Below are positions 19,747-29,383 of a DNA stretch of 64,000 nt, one piece after another. A model generated the notes under the pieces. The model did not search any database. It was given only the letters and a program-made list of their open reading frames with translations, and was not told the DNA's origin. Position 1 is the first letter of the stretch; each line of letters opens with the position of its first letter. The position numbers were made by a program, and so were the translations under genes. The DNA is from Roseibacillus sp. (GTDB lineage: Bacteria > Verrucomicrobiota > Verrucomicrobiia > Verrucomicrobiales > Akkermansiaceae): NCBI GenBank assembly GCA_965242925.1, contig CBDEUM010000029.1:224001-288000 (forward strand), written 5' to 3'.

Positions 19747-20637
19747 TTACTTGATGACGCCGGAGAGATCATAGGCGGTGACCTTGTTCTCCAGCATCTG
19801 GGGGACGATGAGCAGTTTCTTCTTGGAGAGGTAGGCGATGTCGGCCGAGCCCTTGGGAAGATCGAGGACGGAGGTGACCGCGCCCTTGGCACTGATGTGG
19901 AGGACCGCGCCTTCGATCCAGTCGGTGACGAGGAAGCCCCCCTTGCCATCCAGTTCGAGGCCGTCCAGATTGCCCACAGTTGCCTTGGTAACGGGTTGCA
20001 CCTTGCGGGTGCGGAGGTCGAGAGCAAGGAGGCGTCCGAGCGTCAGGGTCTCAAAGGACGCCTGGATGTCGCGTCCCCAGCCCGCAATGTAAAGAGTGCC
20101 TCCGTTCACCAGCAGGCCATTGGGGCTGTCCAGTTCGACTCCTGAAGCCACCTTGGAAACCTTGCCTCCCTGAAGGGCGTAGATTGTACTGGCGAGCATG
20201 TCGGAAACGAGGACGCTGCCCCGTTTTGTGATCGCAACATCATTGAGGAACTTCGCCCCGGCTACCTCGTGGATCGCGTGCGTGGTGGCGTTTTCGATGG
20301 TGATGCCGACCAGGCGGTCAATGTCGGCGACCCAGAGCACTCCCCCGCTGGAGCGCAGCCCCTTGGGGGCGTTCAACCCTGAGAACCACCGTGGGTTGAC
20401 CACGGTTCCGTCCGGCTTGAGAATGGAGATCACCCCATCGCCATCCTTGCCCAGGCCTCCTCCCTCACCGACCTGTGACAGGAAGATGTTGCCGGTCTCC
20501 TTGTCAAAGTAGGCACTCTCCGGGGACTTGATTCCCTTGGAGAGCTCCCAAACCACCTTGGGAGCCTGGGCAGCGGCCGGGATGACGAGCGTGACAATTG
20601 CGGAACCGACTGTGAGAAAAGTGCGAGGAGTCTTCAT
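19747..20637 (-). CDS. Secreted SMP-30/gluconolactonase-like beta-propeller protein
   Basis: Signal peptide; propeller blades SPES, GLNAPKG, FLNDV, SPNGL, NLDGL, GSADI. Confidence 0.8.
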   Translation of the reverse strand: MKTPRTFLTVGSAIVTLVIPAAAQAPKVVWELSKGIKSPESAYFDKETGNIFLSQVGEGGGLGKDGDGVISILKPDGTVVNPRWFSGLNAPKGLRSSGGVLWVADIDRLVGITIENATTHAIHEVAGAKFLNDVAITKRGSVLVSDMLASTIYALQGGKVSKVASGVELDSPNGLLVNGGTLYIAGWGRDIQASFETLTLGRLLALDLRTRKVQPVTKATVGNLDGLELDGKGGFLVTDWIEGAVLHISAKGAVTSVLDLPKGSADIAYLSKKKLLIVPQMLENKVTAYDLSGVIK

Positions 20638-20836
20638 GGCTGGGGAGTGAATCTAGGGCCGGAATTCGTCACTGCCCAGTGGATTTTCGGGGGATGGGAG
20701 TGGCACCGGACGCCTCCCCGGGAGTTCAAAGGACCTGAAATCCGGGCGGGGAGGGCAAACTCCGGGTCCAGGGACCCGGAGGTTTCGCCGGGATGTGTGT
20801 CTTGACGAAGGGACGTGCAGGGACTGAGCTAGTGGG

Positions 20837-23779
20837 ATGAACGCGCGCCCACTACGTCTCGCCCTTTCGGTCGGCTTGCTTTCCCTGGCGGTTACGCATG
20901 CCGAGCCGCCCAAGGAGGCTGCCTTCAAGTATCTCTCACCCAAGGAAGCGATCGCCAAGATGACGCACCCTGAGGGCTTCGTGGTGAATGCCTTCGCGGC
21001 GGAGCCCGATTGCCAGCAGCCCTTCGCCTTCACCTTTGACGAGCGGGGCCGGATCTGGCTTTGCGAGAACCTGAACTACGAGACGCGGGGATCGGACCTC
21101 TACAAGCTCGGTCCACAGGGCCGTATCGTGATCCTGACCGACACCGATGGCGATGGAGAGATGGACGAGCGCAAGGTCTTCAAGGACAAGGTCATGTTTC
21201 CCACCGGAATCGCACTGGGACACGGTGGGGTATGGGTCGGTTCACCGCCGAACCTGCTCTTTATTCCGGACCGCAACCGCGACGACATTCCCGATGGCGA
21301 GCCTGAGATCAAGCTCGATGGATGGGGACGGCAGGACCGTCACGAGACCCTCAACAGTTTCCTCTGGGGACCGGACGGCTGGCTCTACGGCACCCACGGG
21401 GTCTTCACCCACTCGAACGTGGGCAGGCCCGGCGCACCCGACAGCGAACGCCAGCGCATCAATGCCGGGGTCTGGCGCTATCATCCCCTCAACGAGAAGT
21501 TCGAGGTCTTCGCCTGGGGCACGAGCAATCCGTGGGGTCTCGACTTTGACGAGAACGGTCAGGCCTTTGTGACCGCCTGTGTCATTCCGCACCTCTTCCA
21601 CATGATCCAGGGAGGTCGCTACCACCGGCAGGGAGGCAAGCATTTCAATCCCTACGTCTACAATGATATCAAGACCATCGCGGATCATCGGCACGCTTCC
21701 GCCCATGGAGGGGCGCGTTTCTACCTCGCGGACCAGTTCCCGGAGAAGTACCGCAAGAAGCTCTTCATGTGCAATATCCACCTGCACGGGGTGCTGGTCG
21801 ATGACGTCAAGCGCAAGGGTTCCGGCTACACCGCCAGCCACGGTGAAGAGTTCTGCATGTCGAACGATCCGCAGTGGCTGGGATTCAACATGGAGATCGG
21901 TCCTGACGGATCGGTCTATGCCATCGACTGGCACGACTCCGACATCTGCGGGCGCAAGGTACTCCATCGCAAGACCGGGCGTGTCTGGCGGATCAGCTGG
22001 GGCAAGGCCAAGTTCCCGGTGGGAATGGACCTTACCAGGCTGCCTGACGAGAAGCTGGTCGAGATGCATCTTCATGCCAACGAGTGGTACGTGCGGCAGG
22101 CCCGTCGGCTCCTGCAGGAGCGTGCCCTGGCGGGCAGGATCAAGCCGGCCACCCTGGCAGGACTGCGGAGGATCCTCGATGGTCATGCCGATCCGGCACG
22201 GCGCCTGCGGGCGATGTGGACCCTGCAGCTGGTTGGGGGGCTGGGCGATGTCATGCTGGCCCCGCTTCTCGATGACAAGGCCGAGTATATCCGGGCCTGG
22301 GCCATCCAGTTGATCGCGGAAGACAAGCGGGTGCCCGATGCGGTGCTCCAGAAGTGGGCCGTGATGGCGAGGGAGGACAAGAGCGCGGCGGTTCGTCTCT
22401 TTCTGGCCTCGGCCATGCAGCGCCTTGAGCACGACAAGCGCTGGGATGTCCTCACCGCTCTGGTGGCCCACGGAGAGGACAAGGATGATCACAACCTGCC
22501 CCTTCTGATCTGGTATGCCCTCGAGCCGCTGGTGGTTCTCGATGAGGACAGGACCGCGGCGGTAGTGGCAGCCTGCAAGTTCGACAAGATCAAGGGTTTC
22601 ATCGAGCGTCGGCGGAAGGCCGGCGGCAAGTCAGCCACCGCCAAGCCCAAGCCCAGGGGACCGAAAGCCAGGCCTGCGGTATCGGTTCCCGATACGGGCC
22701 TGGTGCTGCACCTCAAAGCCGGGGACATTGCCAGCGGTGGAAAGTGGGGTGGAGCCACCCAGGCCCAGGCGGCCTTCCGACCCTCCGTGGTGGCGTCCCT
22801 CGGCGGACGGCGCGCCTACAAGTTCGACGGTGCAGATGACCGTCTCGAGATTCCCCACCGGGCCGAGCTGGCCTTCGGGAAGAACGAGGCTTACTCCCTG
22901 GCGGCCTGGGTTTACTGCGAAGGGGCCGGTAATGGTTGGACTGCGCTGGTCAACAAGTCGCGGGAGAAGTCCCGGTGGTATGGCCTGTGGATTGACCCGG
23001 CGGGCAACTGGCTCATGGGGGGGGAAAAGGCCAACGTGGAGGGAACCCGGGTGACGACCGGGTGGCATCATGTCTGCATGACCCAGGACAAGGGAGAGAG
23101 GTTCCTGTTCGTGGATGGTCACCTTGCGGCCTATGGCGCCGGGTCGGTGGCTGCCGACGGGGCAGGTGTGCTCTGGATCGGGGGCGCTCCCTCGGTAGAG
23201 GAGTTTTTCCGGGGAGGAATCAACGAAGTGCGCATTTACCGCCGGGCCCTCAGCGCAGGGGAAGTAAGTTATCTCTCCGATCAGCCGGTGGGGCTGGCGA
23301 GTCGCGGGGCGCGGGCGGAGGAGAGAACCCCGGAATTGTTTGCGCACTACCGGGATCTCCTATCCGATAAGAGCCTCAGGGGAGCGGATCTGGAGCATGG
23401 TCATTTTGTTTTCACGGAGAGCTGTGGCCGCTGTCACACCGTGAACGGAGAGGGGGGAACGGCGGGTCCAGCCCTCAGCGGCAGTGAACTCGGGAACCTG
23501 GAGTATCTTCTTCCACATGTTCTCGATCCCGATGGCGAGATTGATGAGGACTACCGCTACTACAAGTTCGAGTTGAGGGACGAGCGGGTGGTCCTGGGGG
23601 TGATTGCCGGGGAGAGTGAGCAGAGCTACACCCTGGAGTCCAACGTGGGTCGTTTTGAACTGGAGAAGGCCAGCATTGCCCACCGGGATGTCCTTCCCTA
23701 CTCCCTGATGCCCGATGCGGTCTTCCAGACCATGACGGATACCGAGGTGCGCGACCTGGTGGCTTTCCTGCGCAAGTGA
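20837..23779 (+). CDS. PVC-type membrane-bound dehydrogenase-like propeller + HEAT repeats + LamG + cytochrome c
   Basis: FAAEPD, FDERGRIW, WGPDGWLY, GTSNPWG, GPDGSVYAIDW; HEAT repeats (EYIRAWAIQL); LamG (GWHHV, INEVRIYRRAL); CGRCH and SLMP at the C-terminus. Confidence 0.88.
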   Translation: MNARPLRLALSVGLLSLAVTHAEPPKEAAFKYLSPKEAIAKMTHPEGFVVNAFAAEPDCQQPFAFTFDERGRIWLCENLNYETRGSDLYKLGPQGRIVILTDTDGDGEMDERKVFKDKVMFPTGIALGHGGVWVGSPPNLLFIPDRNRDDIPDGEPEIKLDGWGRQDRHETLNSFLWGPDGWLYGTHGVFTHSNVGRPGAPDSERQRINAGVWRYHPLNEKFEVFAWGTSNPWGLDFDENGQAFVTACVIPHLFHMIQGGRYHRQGGKHFNPYVYNDIKTIADHRHASAHGGARFYLADQFPEKYRKKLFMCNIHLHGVLVDDVKRKGSGYTASHGEEFCMSNDPQWLGFNMEIGPDGSVYAIDWHDSDICGRKVLHRKTGRVWRISWGKAKFPVGMDLTRLPDEKLVEMHLHANEWYVRQARRLLQERALAGRIKPATLAGLRRILDGHADPARRLRAMWTLQLVGGLGDVMLAPLLDDKAEYIRAWAIQLIAEDKRVPDAVLQKWAVMAREDKSAAVRLFLASAMQRLEHDKRWDVLTALVAHGEDKDDHNLPLLIWYALEPLVVLDEDRTAAVVAACKFDKIKGFIERRRKAGGKSATAKPKPRGPKARPAVSVPDTGLVLHLKAGDIASGGKWGGATQAQAAFRPSVVASLGGRRAYKFDGADDRLEIPHRAELAFGKNEAYSLAAWVYCEGAGNGWTALVNKSREKSRWYGLWIDPAGNWLMGGEKANVEGTRVTTGWHHVCMTQDKGERFLFVDGHLAAYGAGSVAADGAGVLWIGGAPSVEEFFRGGINEVRIYRRALSAGEVSYLSDQPVGLASRGARAEERTPELFAHYRDLLSDKSLRGADLEHGHFVFTESCGRCHTVNGEGGTAGPALSGSELGNLEYLLPHVLDPDGEIDEDYRYYKFELRDERVVLGVIAGESEQSYTLESNVGRFELEKASIAHRDVLPYSLMPDAVFQTMTDTEVRDLVAFLRK

Positions 23780-23824
23780 GTGACAGGCAAACTGACTGGT
23801 TGCTTGCAGCCCTAGTGTATCGGC

Positions 23825-25009
23825 ATGATTTATCTCGATTCCAACGCGACTTCGCAGGTGCACCCGGAGGTGGTGGAGGCGATGCTGCCCTATCTCACCG
23901 ACCAGTGGTATAATCCCTCCAGCGGATATCGATCCGCCCGGGCGGTCAAACAGGCCATCACCACGGCGCGGGAGCAGGTGGCGGCCCTGATCAACGCCCA
24001 CCCGGAGGAGATCGTCTTCACCGGTTGCGGCACGGAATCGAACAACATGACTCTCAAGTGGCTGGCCCGTCTGGTGGGTCGCGAGGAATCGAGGATCGTG
24101 ACCAGTGTGATCGAACACAGCGCGGTATTGCGCCCCTGCGAGGCGATGGAGGCGGTGGGCTACGAGGTGTCTCAGTGTGCGGTGAAGCCGGATGGCCGTC
24201 TCGACCTGGACGAATTTGCCAGACTGGTGGATGCGGAACGCCCGGGATTTGCCTCGGTGATGTGGTCCAACAACGAGACCGGGGTCATCAACCCGGTGGC
24301 GGAGGCCTGTGCCATTGCCGGGGAGGCGGGCTGGGCCTTTCACACCGATGCCATCCAGGCGGTTGGGAAGATGCCGGTCGATGTCAGGGCGGTCCCGGTT
24401 GATTTCCTCTCCCTGAGTGGGCACAAATTCCATGCCCCCAAGGGCGTGGGCGCGCTCTACGTCCGCGAGGGTATTCGTTTTGAACCGATGATCCGCGGCG
24501 GCGGCCAGGAGGATGGGCGGCGCAGCGGGACGGAGAACGTGCCCTTCATCATCGGCCTGGGAAAGGCCGCCGAGATCATGAAGGCGGAACTGGAACGCGA
24601 CGGGCACGCCGACGTGCGCCGCCGCCGCGACCGTTTCGAGGAGAGGCTGATGAGCGAAATCGAGGGCGTGACCCTGAACGGATCCCGCGAGCATCGGGCG
24701 GGCAACATCGTGCACGCTTCCTTCGAGAATTGCGAAGCAGCCGGCCTGCTCATTCTCCTCGACGAGGCGGGGGTGCAGTGCTCGGCGGGGAGTGCCTGCA
24801 TGACCGGCAAGCAGCAGCCCAGCCACGTGCAGAAGGCGATGGGCCTTTCCGACGAGCAGGCCAGGAGCAGCCTGCGCATTTCCCTTTCAATCTTCACCAC
24901 TGACGAGGACGTGGAGGAGGCCGCCACCGCGGTGGCCCGGGCGGTGCACAAGCTGCGGAGCGTGCAGGGCCCCCCGGGGGTGGGTCCGGTCGCGGTCTAC
25001 GGTGGCTAG
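23825..25009 (+). CDS. iscS: Cysteine desulfurase (IscS/NifS family)
   Basis: IYLDSNATS, NNETG, HTDAIQ, SGHKFHAPKG (PLP Lys), SAGSAC (catalytic Cys). Confidence 0.92.
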   Translation: MIYLDSNATSQVHPEVVEAMLPYLTDQWYNPSSGYRSARAVKQAITTAREQVAALINAHPEEIVFTGCGTESNNMTLKWLARLVGREESRIVTSVIEHSAVLRPCEAMEAVGYEVSQCAVKPDGRLDLDEFARLVDAERPGFASVMWSNNETGVINPVAEACAIAGEAGWAFHTDAIQAVGKMPVDVRAVPVDFLSLSGHKFHAPKGVGALYVREGIRFEPMIRGGGQEDGRRSGTENVPFIIGLGKAAEIMKAELERDGHADVRRRRDRFEERLMSEIEGVTLNGSREHRAGNIVHASFENCEAAGLLILLDEAGVQCSAGSACMTGKQQPSHVQKAMGLSDEQARSSLRISLSIFTTDEDVEEAATAVARAVHKLRSVQGPPGVGPVAVYGG

Positions 25010-25093
25010 TGGGAGGGGACATGCTGGAGCTACCTCGCGGCTTGACGAGTGCGCACTGCTGCCGCAGTCTCCGCGCCCCACCAAGATACCATC

Positions 25094-26146
25094 ATGGCCA
25101 CCAAAATTTATACTGACAAGGATGCCAACCTGAATGCCATCCGGCGCAAGAAGCTCGCTGTGATCGGCTTCGGTTCCCAGGGACACGCCCATGCCCTCAA
25201 CCTGAAGGAAAGCGGCTGTGACGTGACGATCGGCCTCTACGCCAAGTCCAAGTCCCGCCCGGTGGCCAGGAAACTCGGATTCAAGGTGATGAACACCAGT
25301 GATGCGGTGAAGCACGCCGATGTCATCTTCATCGCCACCCCTGACACCGTCATCCCCTCGGTCTACGAGAAGGATGTGGCTCCCAATCTCACTCCGGGCA
25401 AGACCCTCCTCTTTTCCCACGGGTTCGCGGTGCACTTCGACCTGATCGAGACCCCCGACGACGTGGACGTCATCATGGTGGCCCCCAAGGGCCCCGGCCA
25501 CACCGTGCGCAGCCAGTTCCTGGAGAAGAAGGGCGTGCCTACCCTCATCGCGGTGGACAAGGACGCCACTGGCAGGGCGAAGCAGACCGCCCTGGCGTGG
25601 GCCAAGGGAATCGGGGGAACCCGCGCGGGCGTCTTCGAGACCAATTTCCGCGAGGAAACCGTGACTGACCTCTTTGGTGAGCAGTGCGTGCTGTGCGGGG
25701 GAGCATCCGCTCTGGTCAAGGCGGGCTACGAGGTGCTGGTGGAAGCGGGCTACTCGCCCACGATGGCCTACTTCGAGTGCCTGCACGAACTGAAGCTCAT
25801 CGTGGACCTCATGAACGAGAGCGGAATCGCCGGAATGCGCTTCTCGATCTCGGAAACCGCAGAGTATGGGGATGTCACGGTGGGACCAAAGATCATCAAC
25901 GAGTCGGTCAAGAACCGCATGCGGCGCCAGCTCAAGACCATCGAGAGTGGCAGGTTTGCCAAGGAGTGGGTCGGGGAGTTCAAGGGCGGCTGCAAGAACT
26001 TCAACAGGATCCGCAAGGCGGAGGAAAGGCACGGCATTGAGAAGGTCGGAGCCAAGCTGCGCGGGATGATGAGCTGGCTGGGCAAGAAGACCAAGAGCGT
26101 GGGCAAGGGCGTGAGCCAGGCCAGCTACGTTTCGACCTCAAAATAG
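25094..26146 (+). CDS. ilvC: Ketol-acid reductoisomerase (class I)
   Basis: VIGFGSQGHAHALNL, MVAPKGPGH, TDLFGEQCVLCGG, AYFECLHELKLIVDL, SISETAEYG. Confidence 0.97.
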   Translation: MATKIYTDKDANLNAIRRKKLAVIGFGSQGHAHALNLKESGCDVTIGLYAKSKSRPVARKLGFKVMNTSDAVKHADVIFIATPDTVIPSVYEKDVAPNLTPGKTLLFSHGFAVHFDLIETPDDVDVIMVAPKGPGHTVRSQFLEKKGVPTLIAVDKDATGRAKQTALAWAKGIGGTRAGVFETNFREETVTDLFGEQCVLCGGASALVKAGYEVLVEAGYSPTMAYFECLHELKLIVDLMNESGIAGMRFSISETAEYGDVTVGPKIINESVKNRMRRQLKTIESGRFAKEWVGEFKGGCKNFNRIRKAEERHGIEKVGAKLRGMMSWLGKKTKSVGKGVSQASYVSTSK

Positions 26147-26329
26147 GGAAGCGGAGCATTCCCTGTGGGTGATCCGGAACCTGTCAAACCGCGACCGTCT
26201 CCCGGGAGAAGAAAACATTTTCAAGCCGCTCCCACCTAGGGAGCAAGAGGCTTTCTCATTTTTACGCAAAAGATTGAAGAGAGCTGTGTCATCTGCTCAA
26301 TGGACGGCAGATGGGGGCTTATGAAGGGC

Positions 26330-26357
26330 TTGTCTTCTAAAGATTGATCGTCATAAT
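26330..26357 (+). promoter_or_regulatory. Putative sigma70 promoter of the MFS gene
   Basis: TTGTCT-16 bp-CATAAT ending 31 nt upstream of ATG 26389, in an AT-rich intergenic region. Confidence 0.5.
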
Positions 26358-26388
26358 TCCCTAGCTTCAACCACACTAGCAACACGAC

Positions 26389-27960
26389 ATGAAAGACCGT
26401 AACGACAAGTTAGTTTTTTGGGGGTGCTTCATTGCTCTCATCACGACTGCCTTCGCCTTCATCACGAGGGCGTTCATGGTAAATATGCCCGATCTCTGGC
26501 CGAAAACCTTCGGGCTCGACGGGGTTCAGGCCCAAGAGCTATTTGGTGCAGGCATCTGGCCCTTCGCCATCAGTATCATCCTGTTCAGCCTGATTATTGA
26601 CAAGATCGGCTACCGGGTTGCGATGGTGTTCAGCTTCGTGTGCTACGCGGCGTATGCCGCCCTTGCGTTCATGGCATACGGAACAGTCAACGCGGAAGGT
26701 CTGGACGGACAAGCTCTCAAGGACGCGCAATCACAGGCCTATAGACTGCTTTACGTTGGTTCGATTATCCTCGGTCTCGGGAACGGAACGGTGGAGGCCT
26801 ACATCAACCCGGTGGTGGCCACCATGTTTAACCGGGAGAAGACCAAGTGGCTCAATATCCTGCACGCAGGTTGGCCGGGGGGATTGGTCCTTGGTGGGAT
26901 TCTGACTATTATGTTGGGAGCGAAGGTGGCCGATGACTGGCGGGTTCTTATCGTGATCATCGCGATTCCAGCCATCATCTTCCTCGTCATGCTGATCAAG
27001 GCCCGCTTCCCGGTGAATGAGCGGGTAGCGGCCGGAGCAACCTACCGTGAGATGCTCGGAGAGTTCGGGGCAATCGGGGCAGCCATTGCTGGATTCCTCA
27101 TCACGAAGGAGCTCGGAAAAGTGTTCGGGTGGAGCGACCTGATGGTCATCGCCATCGTAGCGGTCCTCGTGGTGGCCTACGGTTTCTATTGCAAGTCGCC
27201 CGGCCGGCCTATGATGATTTTCCTGTGTATTGTGATGTTCCCGTTGGCAACCACTGAACTGGGGACAGATGGAGCAATCACCGGAATTATGGAAGGGCCT
27301 TTGAAGGAGGCCGGGCAGAACCCTCTCTGGGTACTGATTTACACTTCCGCGATCATGACGGTCCTGCGCTTCTTTTCCGGACCGATTATCCAAAAACTCA
27401 CCCCGCTTGGCCTCCTGGCAACTTGTGCCGGCCTTGCGACGGTTGGCCTGCTGCTTCTCTCGGTCACCACGACCCTGATTGCGATCTTCGCGGCCGCGAC
27501 TCTCTACGGGATCGGCAAGACCTTCTTCTGGCCCACCACTCTCGGGGTTGTCTCGGAGCAGTTCCCCAAGGGTGGGGCGCTGACCCTGAACGCCATTGCA
27601 GGGATCGGGATGCTCAGTGTGGGTATCGTCGGCGGTCCTCTCATCGGTGCGATGCAGGAGAAGTCCGCAGAGACGGCTGTCGGAAAGGAAATGGAAGGCA
27701 CCTACGCGAAAATCTCGGAGGAGCGTTCTTACTTCCTTGGGAAGTACAATGCTGTGGTGGATGACAAGGTGAAGGCCTTGCCGGAGGCGGACGCGGAAAA
27801 GGTTGGGGAGGTGACCAAGGGGGCCAAGCAGGGCGCTCTAGCCAAGGTGGCTGTCTTCCCCGCCATTATGCTGGCCTGCTACATCGGGTTGATCATGTAT
27901 TTCAGATCGAGGGGTGGCTACAAGCCCGTCGAGATTGGTGGCGATGGTGGCGGTCACTGA
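26389..27960 (+). CDS. MFS transporter (probable sugar permease)
   Basis: Many TM helices; IIDKIGYR, GLGNGTVEAYINP, LHAGWPGG, GKTFFWPT. Confidence 0.88.
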   Translation: MKDRNDKLVFWGCFIALITTAFAFITRAFMVNMPDLWPKTFGLDGVQAQELFGAGIWPFAISIILFSLIIDKIGYRVAMVFSFVCYAAYAALAFMAYGTVNAEGLDGQALKDAQSQAYRLLYVGSIILGLGNGTVEAYINPVVATMFNREKTKWLNILHAGWPGGLVLGGILTIMLGAKVADDWRVLIVIIAIPAIIFLVMLIKARFPVNERVAAGATYREMLGEFGAIGAAIAGFLITKELGKVFGWSDLMVIAIVAVLVVAYGFYCKSPGRPMMIFLCIVMFPLATTELGTDGAITGIMEGPLKEAGQNPLWVLIYTSAIMTVLRFFSGPIIQKLTPLGLLATCAGLATVGLLLLSVTTTLIAIFAAATLYGIGKTFFWPTTLGVVSEQFPKGGALTLNAIAGIGMLSVGIVGGPLIGAMQEKSAETAVGKEMEGTYAKISEERSYFLGKYNAVVDDKVKALPEADAEKVGEVTKGAKQGALAKVAVFPAIMLACYIGLIMYFRSRGGYKPVEIGGDGGGH

Positions 27961-27989
27961 TCGTTCACGCTGACAATCAGCTTTCCAAG

Positions 27990-28019
27990 GCGGCTCCGGG
28001 AAACCGGGGCCGCTTTTTT
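27990..28019 (+). terminator. Intrinsic terminator
   Basis: GCGGCTCCGG-GAAA-CCGGGGCCGC followed by TTTTTT. Confidence 0.9.
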
Positions 28020-28052
28020 CTGGAGGGCGTCAATGGGGTAGCCCCTCCGTCG

Positions 28053-29330
28053 CTACGGCCCCGGCACGAAGCTCCAGGCGCCACCCTCCAGAGGGTCGGC
28101 CGAGTTGAGGAGATCGGAACCCGAAAGACGACTGGGGTTGGCGAGGACCGGGATGGAGAAGGGCGGAGACCCGTTGGACCAGGCGAGGTCGTAATGGAGG
28201 GTGAGGCGGTAGGTTGGCTGGTTCCCGGTGGTGGGAGTGAGTTGGAATTCCCGGGCGTAGGGTGTGCTCACAATCCGGGGAATGACGAACTCACCGGATC
28301 CGAAGGAGCCCTGGTAGGTCCCGGAATACCCGGTCCCATCGAAGAAACAGGTGAGGTTCACAATTCCCCGGTTGGGATCGCGAAAGTTGAGGAGGATGGC
28401 GGAGTTGGCGAAAATCCGTTCGGTGGAAGGCCAGTGGGGATACTCGACCACCCCGCCCCGGAAGAAGGCCCGGGGTGCGAGGGCGAAGTTGGGGGTGAGA
28501 TCATAGCCCAAGGACTCCTCGCCCGGGGCATTGAGGAGGGTGAGGGGGCCGAGCCAGGTCCGGAGATCGAGGGAACTCCAGAGGAGGAGGGAGGATCCCG
28601 GGGTGCTGTCCCAGTCGAGGAAGGTTGCCGTTTCCTCCCGCCGGAAGCTGAAGCGGGGCTCGCGGGCGGAGGGCAGCAGGAAGAGGGAGAAGTGGTCAGG
28701 ATCGAGCAGGTTGCGCCGGAAAGTGAGGTCGCCCGGGGTCAGGTAGCGGATCCGGACCGAATCGATGAGGTGGAAGCCCGGAGCGCTGTTGGCGATGGCT
28801 GCCACCGTGAGTCGGCCGTTGCCCCCGGGCGGGGTGGTGGCCTGGAGGACCCGCCCCACCGCAGTGTAGTGCCCGCCCGCCCGCCCGGGGTTGGCGTTGG
28901 TGGTGGCCGGGAGGTTGATGAAGAAGCGGCTCCCGTTGGAGTTGGGCCCGTCGTTCTCCATGAACAGGGTGTAGGTTCCTCCGCCCGGGCTGGTGAAGTC
29001 ATCCCGGATGGTCCATCCGGGATGGTCGTCTCCATTACCGGTGCGGGAACCGCCTGCGATTTCCACCCCCGCGGTCACCGAGTGGAAGGTCAATCCATCG
29101 TAGAAGGGTTCCTTCCGCACCTTGCCTGCCGATCCGTCGAGCCAGGGGACCAGTCCCTCCGCGAGGCGGATGAAATTGGCGGCTGCGTGGGGGGAGTTGT
29201 AATGGTCGAATTGGACCGTGAAGCGTCCGAATTCCTTGTCCTGCAGCGAGATCTCAAAGTCAGCCAGGATCTGGGCCGGGGCACAGGGCGCGAGGGGGAG
29301 AAGCAGCAGGGGCAGGGCGAAGCGGGGCAT
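28053..29330 (-). CDS. Secreted cyclophilin-like protein (degenerate active site) with C-terminal beta-rich extension
   Basis: Signal peptide from ATG 29330; AANFIRLAEG, FYDGLTFH, GPNSNGSRFFI, HYTAVGRV. Confidence 0.8.
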   Translation of the reverse strand: MPRFALPLLLLPLAPCAPAQILADFEISLQDKEFGRFTVQFDHYNSPHAAANFIRLAEGLVPWLDGSAGKVRKEPFYDGLTFHSVTAGVEIAGGSRTGNGDDHPGWTIRDDFTSPGGGTYTLFMENDGPNSNGSRFFINLPATTNANPGRAGGHYTAVGRVLQATTPPGGNGRLTVAAIANSAPGFHLIDSVRIRYLTPGDLTFRRNLLDPDHFSLFLLPSAREPRFSFRREETATFLDWDSTPGSSLLLWSSLDLRTWLGPLTLLNAPGEESLGYDLTPNFALAPRAFFRGGVVEYPHWPSTERIFANSAILLNFRDPNRGIVNLTCFFDGTGYSGTYQGSFGSGEFVIPRIVSTPYAREFQLTPTTGNQPTYRLTLHYDLAWSNGSPPFSIPVLANPSRLSGSDLLNSADPLEGGAWSFVPGP

Positions 29331-29383
29331 GGGGTGAAAATCGTTTAGAGCCGCCAGAGAGGACGCTCGGGGGGCGGAACCGG

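Noticed and set aside
19692..20027. N-terminal extension of the 989-aa ORF
   Set aside because: It overlaps the propeller gene in another frame; the signal peptide begins at ATG 19691.
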